Source of the DNA: Octopus vulgaris
Lineage: Eukaryota
Assembly: GCA_951406725.2 (NCBI GenBank)
Contig: OX597816.1
Span: 180,234,001 to 180,298,000, forward strand
Reading direction: 5' to 3'
Length of the DNA stretch: 64,000 bases
Position 1 is the first letter of the stretch. The number at the start of each line of letters is the position of its first letter. This document shows positions 35,251 to 49,844 of the stretch, one piece after another. The notes beneath the pieces are model-generated. The model made no database searches, was not told the DNA's origin, and worked only from the letters and a program-made list of their open reading frames with translations. A program made the translations under genes and the position numbers.

Positions 35251-38200
35251 TTAGGCACAAGTTTAATAGTTTTGAGTAAAGGGTGTTAGTCAATACCATC
35301 AATCCCCTTACTTGATTCGCACCTTATTTTATTCACTGTAGAAGGATGAAAGGTAAAGTTGACCTTAGCAGGATTTGTTCTCAGATAATAATAGTAATAA
35401 TAATAATTTTAAATTTTGACACAAGGCCAGCAATTTCAGGGAAGGTGGTAAGTCAACCCCCAGTGCTCAACTGGTACTTATTTCATCAACCCCAAAAGAA
35501 TGAAAGACAAAATCTACCTCAGCGGAATTTGAACTCCGCAATGAGCAAAATATCACTAAGGATTTCATCTTGCATGCTAGTGATTCTGCCAACTTGCTGC
35601 CTTCATATCAATAATAGTAATAATAATAATAATCCTTTCTACTATAGGCTCATGGCCTGGAATTTGTGGGGAGAGGACTAGTTAATTACATCAACCCCAG
35701 TGTTTCACCGGTACTGAATTTATCAATCCTGAAAGGATGAAAGGCAAAGTCGACCTTGGTAGAATAATAATAATAGTAATAATAATAATGATGATGTTGA
35801 TGACAATAATGATGATATTCAATGATAAGAAATTCAAGATGTGACATAAACATAAATCAGAAGATTGATGTAAGTTACCTGGAACAATTTAGGAAGACTT
35901 TGAAGAGATGTGACAATATTTGTCACAAGCAGAGTATGAGAAACAGTTGAGGAACACCACATTGAATGCCTTACAGGGTTTTCTTTATGTGCTCCAAGTT
36001 CACTTCTAACTAAGGTTGAACTACTAAAGTTTAGGGTTAGCGTTTAGCCTCTGGGTTTCATGAAATAAGTGTTAAGCTTAAGAGTGGTGTTGATTCAAGT
36101 GACTCTATTTATGCACACACATCTGTTGCCTTGTTACTGGAAACATATTGATGATAGACTATAACGGCTGCAATTCATGGCGTGGCATTATGTATCTGTG
36201 AATGCATACTCGCTATAGATGCTCTCTGAGTAATGATTAATCACTTCTTCAGCAGCAATTCACTTATCAAGTAGCTTCTTTAGCAGTTGATTCTGCCATA
36301 AACAGTGGGTAAATTTTGAGATTAAACTGCAAAGGGGATTAATTGTTTTTATAAGTTCAGAAAAAAAAAAAAATGTCAAGGAAATAGAGGGAGGTGGGGT
36401 GGGGGAACGACTCTTTCATTACCGTCAGTGCCTGCCACACAGATTAGCCGTGCAAATTACTTTACTATTAGGAAATAGCTCAGACTAAGTGGCATGTTGG
36501 GTGTGGTGCGGAATGGGGAAGAACAGTGGTAGAATATTAGATACAAATAAGTGGAATACTGTGTGTGTGTGTGTGTGTGTGCATGTGTGTGTGTATGATG
36601 CACAGGCCAGTCTGCTTTCTTCTTTGGCTCAACAGAGAAGCTGCACTCAGCATCAATAAAGATCTGCTGTGTATGTGTGGAAGTACAGTGATTAAGTAAA
36701 AGGAGATGAAGCAAAGAGTACTTAACAAGTAGTGTAGCATTGTGCTGCACAACAATGGCCTATAAATAATATAAGAATCATCATCATCATCTTCATCATC
36801 ATCATCTTCATCATCAACAGCAGCAGCATTGTCATCAATAGCAGCAGAACAACAGTTCTATTTACAGCCTGCTATTGTTGTTTTAATTGTTGGATGTAAT
36901 GGTAGGGATGGCAGTAGTGGCATTGCTCTCATCATCATCATCATCATCATCATCATTGCTACCATACCAAGCGCCACCACCACCACCACTGCCCTCTATT
37001 CTCATCACAAAAACCACCACCACTACCATTAACAAACACTCTTGTCACCACCAACACCAACACCATCACCACCGTTATTATTTATTATTGCTAGTAGCTA
37101 TTTTGCATGGAACCATTCACCCACCCCATCTCAACCAACCACCCACCCACACACACCCACACACACACACACATACACACTGCCACCACTACAGTGAATA
37201 GGCAGAATTCTCTCTGAAGAATAGATCTCACTGAACCAAACAATGGTGAAGAGTCTTTTATGACACTTGATTGGAAGCAGAATGAATAGTTTTATGTTTG
37301 ATGAAGTCAGTCAATTGGAAAAACTAGCAGAATTCCACTGCAAAGAGAGATATTTCTTTCACCTAAGTTTGAATTAGATTGAATCTACAATATGTTATCT
37401 TTTTTTTTATTGCATTTATTTTCACTTGTTTAAACAAAAAAAAATCTTTTTTTTTTTACTGTTTTGTACATAGCTTCTATTTTTATAAAAGAAGGAGACT
37501 TTCATAATGCAAGGAGCATGAAATAATACTGATAAAAATAATTATGCAGTGAAAAAAAAGCTGAGATTTGTTGAATGACTAATATTATTTTAATTATTCA
37601 GGCAAGTGTAGATAACTCTAGACATGTTTCAGTCTTCTTAGACCTCTTTAGCAAAGCATCAATTTCATTGTATTTACTGAAGTATTGATGAGATGTACAA
37701 TATTGTACAGGAGTTGATTTTTTCCAGAGAGTAAATCATTTGGAAGTGGCATTTACATGCAAAAACAATGATTAATTAAATGTTAGCTTTAAAAATCAAA
37801 TGAAATATATTTATGTGGTGGCAAAAAAAAAACAAAAAACAATATTCAGTGGCTAACATTATTTTTGAGCCTTAGTCTACTTTCTGTGCTTCTAAAAAAA
37901 AGGTAATTTTTAAAAAATAAAGAGGCACTAAAAAAGAAACTAAAATCTATAGCAGCCAACTTAAGTGAGAAGGGTTCACACAAAGTGACAGAATCTCTAT
38001 GCAGTTCCAGAACCTAGTTGCAATAATAGAGAAACCTTCTTCAAATTACACCCTATTATCTTAAAAAGGAAGAATACATTGAATATTACAGTCTTAGAAA
38101 AACTACCTGAAAAAAAAAAAAAAAGGATTGCTGCAGATGGAACTTTAACATTTATAACAGAGTATTGTTTCCAGACTAAATAGTCAGTTGAATCAAATCA

Positions 38201-38834
38201 TTATCACACAAGACAGAATGTCTTTATGTTCTGTGTTCAAATTCTGCCAAGGTTGACTTTGACTTTCATCCTTTCAGGGTTAGTAAACTAAGTACCTATC
38301 AGGTATTGAGGTCAATGTAATCAACTGGCCCCTCCACCAAAAGTTCAGGCCCTGTGCCTTTGGAAGACAGGACCGTTACAAGACTAACTCATATAGCCTT
38401 TATAACAGAGTACTACAACAACACTAACCTACATCACTGAGGCTACTAGACTAAGCTAACTCAATTGAGTCAACTAAATAATAAAGGTCTTATGAATAAA
38501 TTATGAAGAAAAAAAAAATAAAACTGAAAAAATACTAATTATTTTTGAAGGGAGGATTTCAGTTTAAATCATTTACTCCAGTACTTGACTGGTATTTTAT
38601 TTTATTGCCCTAAAAGGATAAAAGATATAATTGACTATGGTGGGATTTGAACTCAGAATGTAAAGAGCCAAAAGAAATGCCACAAAGTATTTTATCCAAC
38701 ACTTTCATTCTGCTGTAAAACAATTTCATTTTGCGAACCTAACAGTTTATATGATGAAATCTGCTGTGTGCAGATATCATTGCTCTTTAGCCCCTTGTGA
38801 GTAGTCCTGATTAAGTAGGCTCAGTGTGGGTTAA

Positions 38835-39051
38835 CCCTTTAGTATTTAAACCAGCTAAATCCAGCTCAAATATTCTACCTGTTTTATGTTCAGACTGACC
38901 AGATCCAGCCTCTTGCACCTACCCTACAATGTCATTCTTAAAATAAACAATAATGTCACTGAAATTTAGAAGTTATGAGATAATGCATAATTAATTCAAA
39001 ACAATGTGAACAAATAAACATATTTGACAGATTAATATGAACACTAAAGGA
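38835..39051. mobile_element. piggyBac-type MITE (reverse orientation)
   Basis: TTAA|CCCTTTTAG...CACTAAAGGA|TTAG; inserted in a family D repeat. Confidence 0.75.
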
Positions 39052-39641
39052 TTAGATGTCTCTAAGGCTACATTATTTAAAATACCCTCTCTTTTTAAAG
39101 ACAGTAGGGTGTGATTTGAGGAGATTTAACTTCTGTTTCTAACAGGTTGAGCAACTAAACAGAGGCTTACTCTTTGATTTGTGATAGGTGTCATTGTTAT
39201 TAAACCACAAGTCAAAACTAATCAAGTGAACTTATAGGTCAGAAATAGGGAAAAGATAAAATGATAGGGAGGAATGAGGTTCCTATAATTTTAGGAATAT
39301 GTATGACTACATTATCTAGTGTGTCCTTATTTAAGATGGTAAGAAGTAATTTTTTAGCATTTAAACCAGCCATATCCAGCCTAAATATTCCACTTGTTTG
39401 AGTGACTGTGTAGTGGTTCCTTCTTTGGTTCACGATATATATCATTATTTGTTTGTGTAACAAAACTATAGATATAATTGTTTGACAACCATTACTATTC
39501 TGTTACCTTGTTGTAGCCCATATAATTAGCTGACAAAATCTATTGACTGTCACATAAAAAAAAAAAACAGAAAATGAATAAAGAAGCAATAAAGAATTAA
39601 ATTTAGTAGGTTAACTCTTGCTTTGTAAAATTATATGCACG

Positions 39642-39675
<34 letters not shown>

Positions 39676-40489
39676 AACATATACATGCATATGCGTATGT
39701 CAGTGTGTGAAATATATATGCATGTGGATGTGTGTCTGTGTATATCTGTATAAATTATGTTGCTTTTCTACAGCAGGTTGGGTTGGAAGTATTGTCACAG
39801 CTTGAGTCTGTTTTGAGATCAGGAGTTGTTACATTTCTAATTGAGTTTGGGAGTTATGTCTTGTTTGTATGTTTCAATTTGTCTTAGCTTTTACAGCTGG
39901 ATCGTCTTCCTGTCATCTACAACTTTATGAGGTATACCGGGTACAATTCTTTATGGCACCAGCACAAGAAGGGTTGTCATGTCCTCAACAAGACAAGACA
40001 AGGTTAAAGATTCCTTTCAGCCCTTCACTCGCTTTGTTCATAGAGATTGTACTGGGTGCATATTATCATGATACCAGCTCAAAGGGAGTTAGTTGTCTTG
40101 TATAGTGTGAAAATAAAGAGTTTTCATTGCTCTAAGGCATGTATGTCCACTCTAGGTAACTTTGTGAAGGAGAATAGGTGAGAGGGAAATGATAAATGAA
40201 ACAAGTGTAATTGACCAGTATGAGAGTAGAACAAGTATGATCCAGTGTGGACAGGTGTGATGGGAGAAACAGGGTGTTTTAAGTGAGAGGTGAACAATAG
40301 TCAATGTGATAGATGACAATATCAAAGTGGCCTGAGGAGGAGGGAGTACTGACCAATGATTTGCAATAGACAAAGCGTGTTGGTAAAGTGCATTGGACAC
40401 AGATAGGTCTTATGAAAATCCTTATACATAGGTTGCATGATGGGTGGAGGGAGATGTGTTTTAGGAGATACATGGCAGGGAGATGAGGC

Positions 40490-40532
<43 letters not shown>

Positions 40533-40926
40533 GAATAAGAAATAGAAAGTCCTTGGTACAGTATTACATATTAGAAAAAATGAATAGAAATGGCTTTTCT
40601 AATAATTTTTCCACTTTAATAATTAGATATAAATAATCATCATCATCATCATTTAACATTTGTCTTCCACGCTGGCATGGGTTGAACAGTTTGACAAAAG
40701 CTGGCTTGCCAGAGAACTACACCAATCTCCACTATCTGCTTTGGTATGGTCTTTATGGCTGGCTGGATTGTCTTTACGGAATGCACTGGGTGCCTTCTAT
40801 GTGACACCAGCTCTAGTGAGGTCTGTGTATATTATAATAAGGAAATCAAACCAAATAATGATATTTTGAAAGCAAATTTTGAAAATTATGATAATATGCA
40901 TCTCTTCAAGCATAACCCATATATGT

Positions 40927-40959
<33 letters not shown>

Positions 40960-43900
40960 TCCGATAAATGCCAGCAAAGTCCAGTCCCTGCCAGCATGGG
41001 AAAAAGGGTATTAAATGATATGTATATCCTGACAAATGCATACAAGTGTGAATGTATTTATACATACATACATATATGTAATTGTATGTATGCATAAGTA
41101 TGTATATACATAAATATATATTCTTAGTAAAACAGTCTGTTTGCCCTGTCTATTGGAAGTATTCCAAATAGAATTTCCTCTCAAGACTGACTCTCATTAC
41201 ATAACATTTTCTGTTATGAAAATTATATCCTAGTTGAGTGAAGTGACTTGCTCAAGGAGAAAAATGTATGTATAATTGGCCAGGTCAGACTCATAGATCA
41301 ACAATCTGAATCAGGATTTTAAAAATATAGTAAAGCTGTGAATTAATTGCTACAGTGCTTTTCTAAATTATATGATATACCTTTATTTTAAAAATATTTA
41401 TATTTTTCCATAATTTGAATTATTGCGTTTTTCTCATCAAAATATTAGACTAATGCAGAGCATTTTGCTATGCTAGAGATTTGTTGAATAGCCTGTTGCT
41501 CTGGTTTTAAGTGTATTATCTAGCAGAGATATAAAACGATGTGATTAATATACCAGAAACAAATTATAGTGTGTCTAGTATTGAGCTTGTTACAACTTTT
41601 GTCTCTTTTATAATATCTAATAATTACATAGCAGAAATCTTTCATATTGTCTTTCTGGAATCTTACACATTCGTGAATGATCTTCATTTGGTGGTGGACA
41701 ATAGCACATGTGAGTTTAAGGTGAGGTGACCAGTTGTTTAATCACCATCACTCAATACTAGTAATCAGACTCAAGACCAGAGGAAAAGATTTGGGAAAGA
41801 ATGAGGAAGAATGCTGAGGAAGAATGCTAGAGAAGTTTCCAATTGTACTGTCTTTACTTCGGTCAGTTTTGAACTTGGTATTCTTATTGATATGCTGTAC
41901 AGTGCACAGCTGCTTACAAACTGCTGATTCTTCCCATGTGGGAGTGGAAAGTATGATTGAGAGAATATAAGATACGATCTTTTAGTTAGTCATCCAGCAC
42001 ACTATCTTCTCAACCTAATGTAACTCTACAAAGTGATAAAACTCCAATATTCTTTGAACAAGTAAAAGAAATTAGTTAAACTTTTCAAACTTAAACCTAG
42101 GACCCTGCCAACAAGAATTCCTAAACCTTGGACTATCACCTGTTGGTCAACAGAGTTTCATTTTGTGAAGTGGGGATAATTTGTAGGTTTCCCGAGAGTT
42201 CAATGTGCACAGTTCATCATTGTTCTTTAAATTAAGAAAATAAATTTCATTGAGAAAAGATGGAATGAGGCTTCCTGTTGCTATCCTAGTTTCAACGTTT
42301 CTTTCCTACGACACATGTGGTTTGCTTTTGTCATGACTTCAGGTTATTGTTGGGAAGGTATTTGATCTCAAAATTATTAATCTATCTAACATGGCTATCT
42401 ATCATGCCCCAGTTATCACAATTGTACCCAGCTATATTAAAGCTTAAGTGCTGTTGAACTTGCTCAATACGTGTGGTTCAATAGTTACTAACTAATGACC
42501 CAAATATCTGCTGTGTTTATCCACTATTCAACTATGTTAACACCTGCAACATATGGAAATTTAAACCTGAGTAAAATTCTGAGAATTTGACTACTCTCTT
42601 TGCATAGATACAATAATATGTATAAAATAGATAAACTGAACAAGTAGCCAGTATATCTCAGTAAATAGTTGTCTTTATTAATGAATTAGAAATATCTTAA
42701 TAGATAAAACTGTCTCATCATTGATATTATCTACAATAAGATATATAGACTGTTGAAAAAGTTTAGAACAGAGTTATGGTACTTATTCATATCTCCCACC
42801 CACCAAACTTATATAATGAATTTATCAAGTCTACTTTATCTGATTAGACACTTCCTTAAAGGGTGGAAGCATTAAGCAGACAACAGACAATTATCATCAA
42901 ATTGAAAAGAAATGTGTGTGAGACCTGATTTTCACTATGTTTTCCAACTGCTCAGAGAGGGTGATAATGTTGAAAATACTGCCCTTCCAAAACTGAATGT
43001 AATGATAGATAGATAAACACACTGCCAAGTAAAAAACGTGTCTGTCATGCAGAAACATTAATCTAGCTTGGATAACTTTATGGGCTTTGCTACTAAAGAC
43101 TAGAACTCCTTACATTAAAGCATTTGGACAGCTTGCAAGTTTGGGAACTAAAAACGATCTTTCTATAATATATATCATCAAAATTTTCTTTGGCCATTTC
43201 AAAATGTTACCATTATGCAAGTATTCACCATTCACATTGGAACCTGCAACAGTTTGAGCTTCACATTTTAAAAAAAATTTTGTTTTCCTTAGAGAAAACA
43301 AAAGATTGTTTAAGCATTTGTTGCTAACATTAAAGTAAAGATAGAGGTTAGTGTATTACGTTAGGGTATCATTGTTAGAAGAATTGCTCTTTATAGATTA
43401 TGGTCTGTTATTGCTCATAGATGTTGTCACCAGGAGAGGGTTACGGCTCAGTAGTAGAGAGTGTGTGGTGTTGATGAGTGAATATACAAACATAAAATGT
43501 CCACTTGTTAAAGTTGTCTCTTCAGATTTTCTATAGAAATTATGGCCAGCACTAATTTTGCTATGATGTTTCTTATATTGACTTATAAACATGCTTAATA
43601 TACTTTGTAGTATATTATGGTTGCATAATTAAATACACTGTGTCCGTACAGATCATTAATATTTAAAACCTGAAACGGAAAAAGAAATTGGTTTGCTGGA
43701 CAATCTATTTTAGGGGTTTGTATTTTATCAACATTCTCACTTGTTTAAAAAAGGAAGAAAACAGAGATGAAACAAATCAGTTTGCAACTTAATACACAAA
43801 TTAAACATCTGATATGTTGATCCCTTTTATATAACTATAAATCTGTGGATATGCTGTGTAGAGAAATGAATTCTTATTAGTCTGTTTGCATAGAAGGATG

Positions 43901-46900
43901 CTCCATGAATTGGTATATATAAATATTGTTGCCAACCTGTGTCATGCATATGTAACCTGAGATTGGTATTTTTATAAACACACTAATTTTTTTTCTTTTC
44001 ATGTTTCCAGTATCAGGTTACAATCTTATAGCTTTTCAGATGAAAACAATTTACATTCTTTTTTTATTATTTCTCACCAAAAAACGAAAAATCAAACTAT
44101 ACCAGCTCTATTATTATATATTTGTTGGAGTTTCTTATTGCAGTTTTTGTATTTTTTAAGTTAAAAATAAAACTATTTTTAGTTTTGTTTATCGTTGTTC
44201 TAAGTTCAGAATTAAACTCTTAAGAAGCATACATCTTACACCTTTTTGGCGTTTATTATAATTGAATGTCTTTGTTTCTTGAAAGCTTTCTTCTTGGCTT
44301 TCTCATTGTTTGGCATTCTTGGCATATGTGTAGCCACGTTTTCACCTTATTCTACATGTTATCTTTCTGTGCCTGACATTATTACTATCTTCTCTGAACC
44401 AGCCCCAAACTGAAGTTATTTGCCAGCGACTGAGTTGGTGTCAGTGTGTTAGGAGGATGCCTTCTTACCAGTCTAAACATCATCTGACAAGCTGGTCTAA
44501 AACAGAAACACATTAATTAGTTTTGCAACAACTGTTATCTCAGATCATACTTGTTTTAGTCATCTTCTGAGTATTAACAATCTTTTCACTAAGACCTACT
44601 GCATACTACTATTTTAACCACTCCTCAGTTAACCTATCCACCCATCAAAAACATAGATGTCTTTGTTTTTGTCCACCTTGTGTAATTGAGTGTATCTTAC
44701 AAAATTATTGACTTGAGGAAGTTCAAATTTTTATCAATAATTACAAAGTAAAATTATTTTTCTTATTTTTTTTTAGTTATTTGAATATTTGTTGATTGTT
44801 GTATGATATATCAAGCAAAATCAGTGTATGACATGGCATGGACTCTACAGAAAATACAGAAAATATAATTAATTACTATGTAATGTGTTCAAAATATTAT
44901 ACCCATATAACTAAAAATATATTCCCTGAAGATATTGGTGGCTAAAATCATTTATATAACAGCATGTAAAAAAAAAATAAGATTCCATAACTTGCAAAAT
45001 GATATGGTTGATTGATGGACAGTACATCTGCCTGTAAAATATTACCTCAAATATACATTTGACTTATGCCAGCATAGAAAAAAAGGGACACAATGCAAAT
45101 GAATCAATTGTTAATAGTATTAGAAAATAATCAATGATGACATATTTTGAGAAAAAGTTGCTTTTGTGTGTTTGTTTTTCCTATTGACTTTGAAGCAAGA
45201 TTATTGTGCATAGCCCTTCAAATTACCATTTTGGTTTTAGATTCCAAATTAACCATAACTTTGTGATTCCTTAAGTATTTGTTGAGACAATCTCTTTATA
45301 TATACCATGTTCTAATGCCATAGCCATTGCTTCTATTATCTGCTACTTGCTAACAGTTGATTCTGGTATTTATGAAACTGTGTAAAGCCTGGGGGACTGT
45401 ATCTTAACAGAACAACATTGACTTCTTTGTGTGAGTTAAAAGCAGGTCATAACTGATACACTTCGTTCTTTTGATATTAATTTAAATGCAAAACTGTCTG
45501 TGTAGCTTATTTATATTTGCAACAATCTGGCCATGTTTTACATAACAAGATCACAATTTAGACATATATATCTTGTTAGTTTAAGCAACTGCCTTACACG
45601 ACTGGTATATATTTTACTGAGCATCTGCTGGATGAATCGCAAAGTTGACCTTGGTGGGATTTGAAATCACAACATGCAATAAAAAAAAAAAGAACATAAC
45701 TAAATATTGCAATGAATTTATTTTGTTTGGAACTCCAATCTTTTTACTCCTTCCTATCTTCCATCAGAGTATTGGTTTCATATAATATTTTCCAGATTAG
45801 CTAAAGTGTAGCCAGAAAACTAATAACCTGTTTAATGGCTTGGCATACTGTTTCTGTTATGGTTAGATAATATGCCCTTTGGTTCTTGGTCTTGCCATTA
45901 ATATCAGCTTGCTTCATGGGCCTGGGAAATATGGAGAAATTTTAATTTCCAGCAAATGAATGCATATGCTTAATAGACACTCGCACACATATGTATACAC
46001 ACACACACACATGCAACCATCTATCACTGTTATTGCAAACCACCACTACTTTCACTTTTGCTCCATATCTTCTCTCTCCCTCTCTCCCTCTCTCTCTCGC
46101 ACCCTCAACTTTTTTCTCTCTTCCCATCACTGTTTCTTCTATAACACCTCTCCTGTTTTAATCATATTGGCTCTATCAGTTTTAATTAAATTTAAAAAGA
46201 AAGAAACCTTCAATTAAACGCTATCCTGCAGCTCTAAACTGATATGAACTTTGACTTCTTGAAATTAGAGCCAGTAAATCTGCCATGGTATATTAGATGA
46301 CACTTTAGAAAAGAAACAAAAAAATCATCTGGAAAATAAATAACAATAGCAACATCAACAAAAAACATTTGCTCTGCTGTATTTAAGTAGATGTTATGTT
46401 TTGATTAATAATATTATTTTGCTATGGTCTATGGAATGAAATTAAAGACATAACAGTTGACTGAGAAACTATGGAACAAATCCAAAGACAATTTATGGCA
46501 GATATGTTTATTTGTGGGATAGTTGACTAATAAACTATGCAATAAAATTAAAGATGTAATCTATTACAGACACATATTATCAATATTATTCATAAGATAA
46601 TTGTCTAAGAAATATTTTAATTTAGTGTAGTATATTATTGATATATACTTTTAGAATCTATAGCTCTCTAGAGCAGCTACTATGCTTTGTTCTCTGGGAA
46701 TGTTGGTTCAAGCTCAGCAAGGATTTAGTACATCATATTCAGATTTATTATAACATTACTAATGCAGGCATATGCTAGAGAAATATAGGAGATAGATAGT
46801 CTTTGCTTTCATTCCATAGTTAAGATTGTTTAAAGTGTTTGTTGTATATATTTAACAAAATAGATGCAAAAAAACAAATTAGTATTTTGTCATAGACAAT

Positions 46901-47243
46901 GTTGCAGAGTCTTTTGTTAGAGCTAATACAGTCATTCATGATTTGAAGACCAAAACAACAGCTAACATTTCTCAAGGTTAAAGAGTTAACAAGCAAGTCT
47001 TTATGAAACAACCGTATATGCAAAGAATATGATTTTCAAAAATGGTCCAAATACCACATCTACAGTCTTTGTACACTTCACACCATCTCAAGAATTTAAT
47101 TAAATTTCAAACAATCATTGTTCTCTATAAATGTCCAATGGGCTTCTGATTTTCAAAATAACCATGGAATTTCTATGGTTACTGTTAGTTAATTATTCTG
47201 AAATTTGTGTTTAGGTTTGAAATAATTGTGATTTTATACAATA

Positions 47244-49844
47244 CATTGAAGCGCAAAAGAAATGCATGACGTGTGTGACTGTGAAATATGTTTTAATTTC
47301 ATTATGTCAGAGATAAATTTTGATAAATCTGATAAAGTCAGTTTCTTGGATGCACTTTGACTGCAGTCTATGGGTCATTGTCGTGTGTTCTGTTAGTGGG
47401 TAGATCCAACACATCGAGATTGTAGGATGTGGCATGTTCAATACTGTGTATACCCTCCCTGGGGGTCAAAATCGGCCATACACCATCAGTACATGGAGTA
47501 CATGAAGCGGTTCACAAAGGCTATTGGTACCTGTGCCCATACTCTGAGGAAAGCTGCCTCCAGTTCCACACAAGTTGTCGGCCCTGGGACCACCTGGTTC
47601 AGCTGTCTCTACATTTCATCCCACAGGTGTTCATTTGAGTTCAAATCTGGGGTGATAGCCGGCCATGGCATGGTTCTGATGTTGTGCTGATGCAGGAAGT
47701 CCATGGTGAACCTGACCATGTGGGAGGGAGCATTGTCCTGCTGGAACATGTGGCTCTGGTGATATGCAAAGAAGGGCATGATGTGAGGTCTTAGGATCTG
47801 GTCAACATAGCGCTGCACTGTGATGCCATTCCCCCTGCCCACACCAACATTTTGGAACACATGGGGCCCAGTTCTCTAATTCAGGCCTATAGCACCCCAA
47901 ACCATGATGCTTTAGCCACCCCGTGTGTCTCTCTCTTCATGACACATGCATCTCTGCAGCATTCATCCCTCCTATGCCACACCCTCGCTCTACCATCTGA
48001 GGTGAAAACACAGTACTGGTTCTCATCAGAGAAGGCTATCGACCTCCATTGTTGATGCTGCCAATGCTGGTAGCCCACTGTAGTTGTGCCTGACCAGTGG
48101 TGTGGACAGGCCATCAAGCAGGATGATGGCAACACATGTTGTTGGCGGCCAGTCAACATCATACCATGTTGTTACTGATGGGTCACTGTCCAGTTCAAAA
48201 AGTCCTGCAAGCTGTCACACTGGCCAGTCTGAAGCAATCATGGAGGTGTTGCAGGTGGATGAAGTAGTCATGCCTGGGCGTGGTCACTCGGGGGTTCCCT
48301 CTGCGAGCACGTTCTGCAGTTCTGTTGGTGTTGTTGTATTGCTGTTGCAGGCAATAGATGGTGCTGGCATGAACATTGTAAGCTTTTGCAACAACCTGGG
48401 CGCATTGCCCTGCTTGCTATTGGCCACTCTGCTTGTTCACTCTGTATTGCTGCCCATCAGGCTATACCTGATGCGTCCAAATTACGAATGCCAGGAACGC
48501 AGTTCAAGTTGATTTTTTATACCCATAACCTCCACAAGATGCACATGCATTTCAGTTTTCATGACAGTTGTTTGCGATTGCCACCCACAGCATTCAACAC
48601 AGCTGCATTTTGGCATCTCATTTCAGGATAAGTTGAAAGGTTACCTGCAATTTGGGTCTCAGCCTTAACCCTTTCGTTACTATATTTCTGACCAAATTAC
48701 ACCCCTTATGTGTTTCAATTAATTTCTAACGTAATCATAAATTTAGTCTGGTTTCATTAAACAACTATAACTTTTTTATTTATCGATATATTAATCTGAT
48801 TTTTTGAAGATAATTTAATGAAATATTCTCAACCAATTCTATACTATAATTTTTGTCACAAAGTGACTAATTGCAGGTAGATACAGGTAAATTCAACAAA
48901 ATATAAAATTATTAAAATTTTGTTCAAACATCGCTATAGAAAATGGGTTATTAGCTAATATTCAATTGGGTATACAACAAAATTTTACGATAGAATTTGT
49001 TATTCTGGGTAACTTTCTGATACCCATAATAATATTTATGGCAAAATAGTCTTAATTTCATTTAAGGTTATGGGAAACCACAAAGTATCGTTTTGTTTAC
49101 ATTTAGCGTAACGGTTCGTTTTCGCTGTAATGATTTCAAATAGGCTCATTCGAAAAGTAAAAAGAAATAGTTTAAGGCTTTACTCTTCTGGGAAAGTCTG
49201 TGGCTTGGTCCAGTTTCTTCAGAAAAAATCACCGAAAGAAACAGTTTTTAAATTTTCACTCCATTCAGGTGCCAATTCGTTTTCTTTATCGCTGTCGAAG
49301 ATCTCGGATTCACTGTTTTCACTTTCGGAAAATGAAACATCAGATTCATTATCAAATACCACATGCTTTTTTTTTTCAGTCATAGAGTTAGATTTATGAA
49401 GGTCTTCAGTAGAAAATCCTTCGAATTCTGACTCGCTGCTTGATATAATGAAATTCGTATCCATTTTTTGTCAGAATTACAAATTTTGAAAACACAATAG
49501 GAACAAATTTTGGAAAAAAATCTCCCAAAATTCACGGAATTAAAATTACACTTCGATTTTTGTACAAAACTGTAGTTGAACTGTTTACGAAGTATAATAC
49601 GTGTTTTCACGAATGTACTAAAGAGATTTGCTCTGATATTCTCATTTAAATATGAATAGGTAAATTCGGGCGGCTTTGGGCGGTTTGGTCTCATTAACCA
49701 AAATTTTTTTCGGGCGGTTTGGTAACGAAAGGGTTAAACCAGCATGTCTTGGAATATTTACACTTACATCCCTGAAATAAATTTTCAGAATTTACCATAT
49801 AAAAATGACATTTGAAAAAAGTACATTTCTTTTGCAGTTTAGTG
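47244..49844 (-). mobile_element. Tc1-like (DD34E) transposon, decayed, interrupted by piggyBac
   Basis: TA|CATTGAAGCGCAAAAGAAATG ... CATTTCTTTTGCAGTTTAGTG|TA; motifs WRSIAFSDE, DGRARVW, FQQDNAPSH, WPAITPDLNSNEHLW. Confidence 0.9.
48669..49733 (-). mobile_element. piggyBac internal-deletion derivative (1065 bp)
   Basis: TTAA TSDs at 48665-48668 and 49734-49737; perfect 12-bp TIR CCCTTTCGTTAC/GTAACGAAAGGG; subterminal GGGCGGTTTGGT repeats; ORF 49219-49464(-) is an acidic SESEFEGF...W N-terminus typical of piggyBac transposases. Confidence 0.9.

Noticed and set aside
40150-40490. Possible decayed LINE fragments (also ~62000-62290)
   Set aside because: Only weak motif traces; cannot be assigned by eye.
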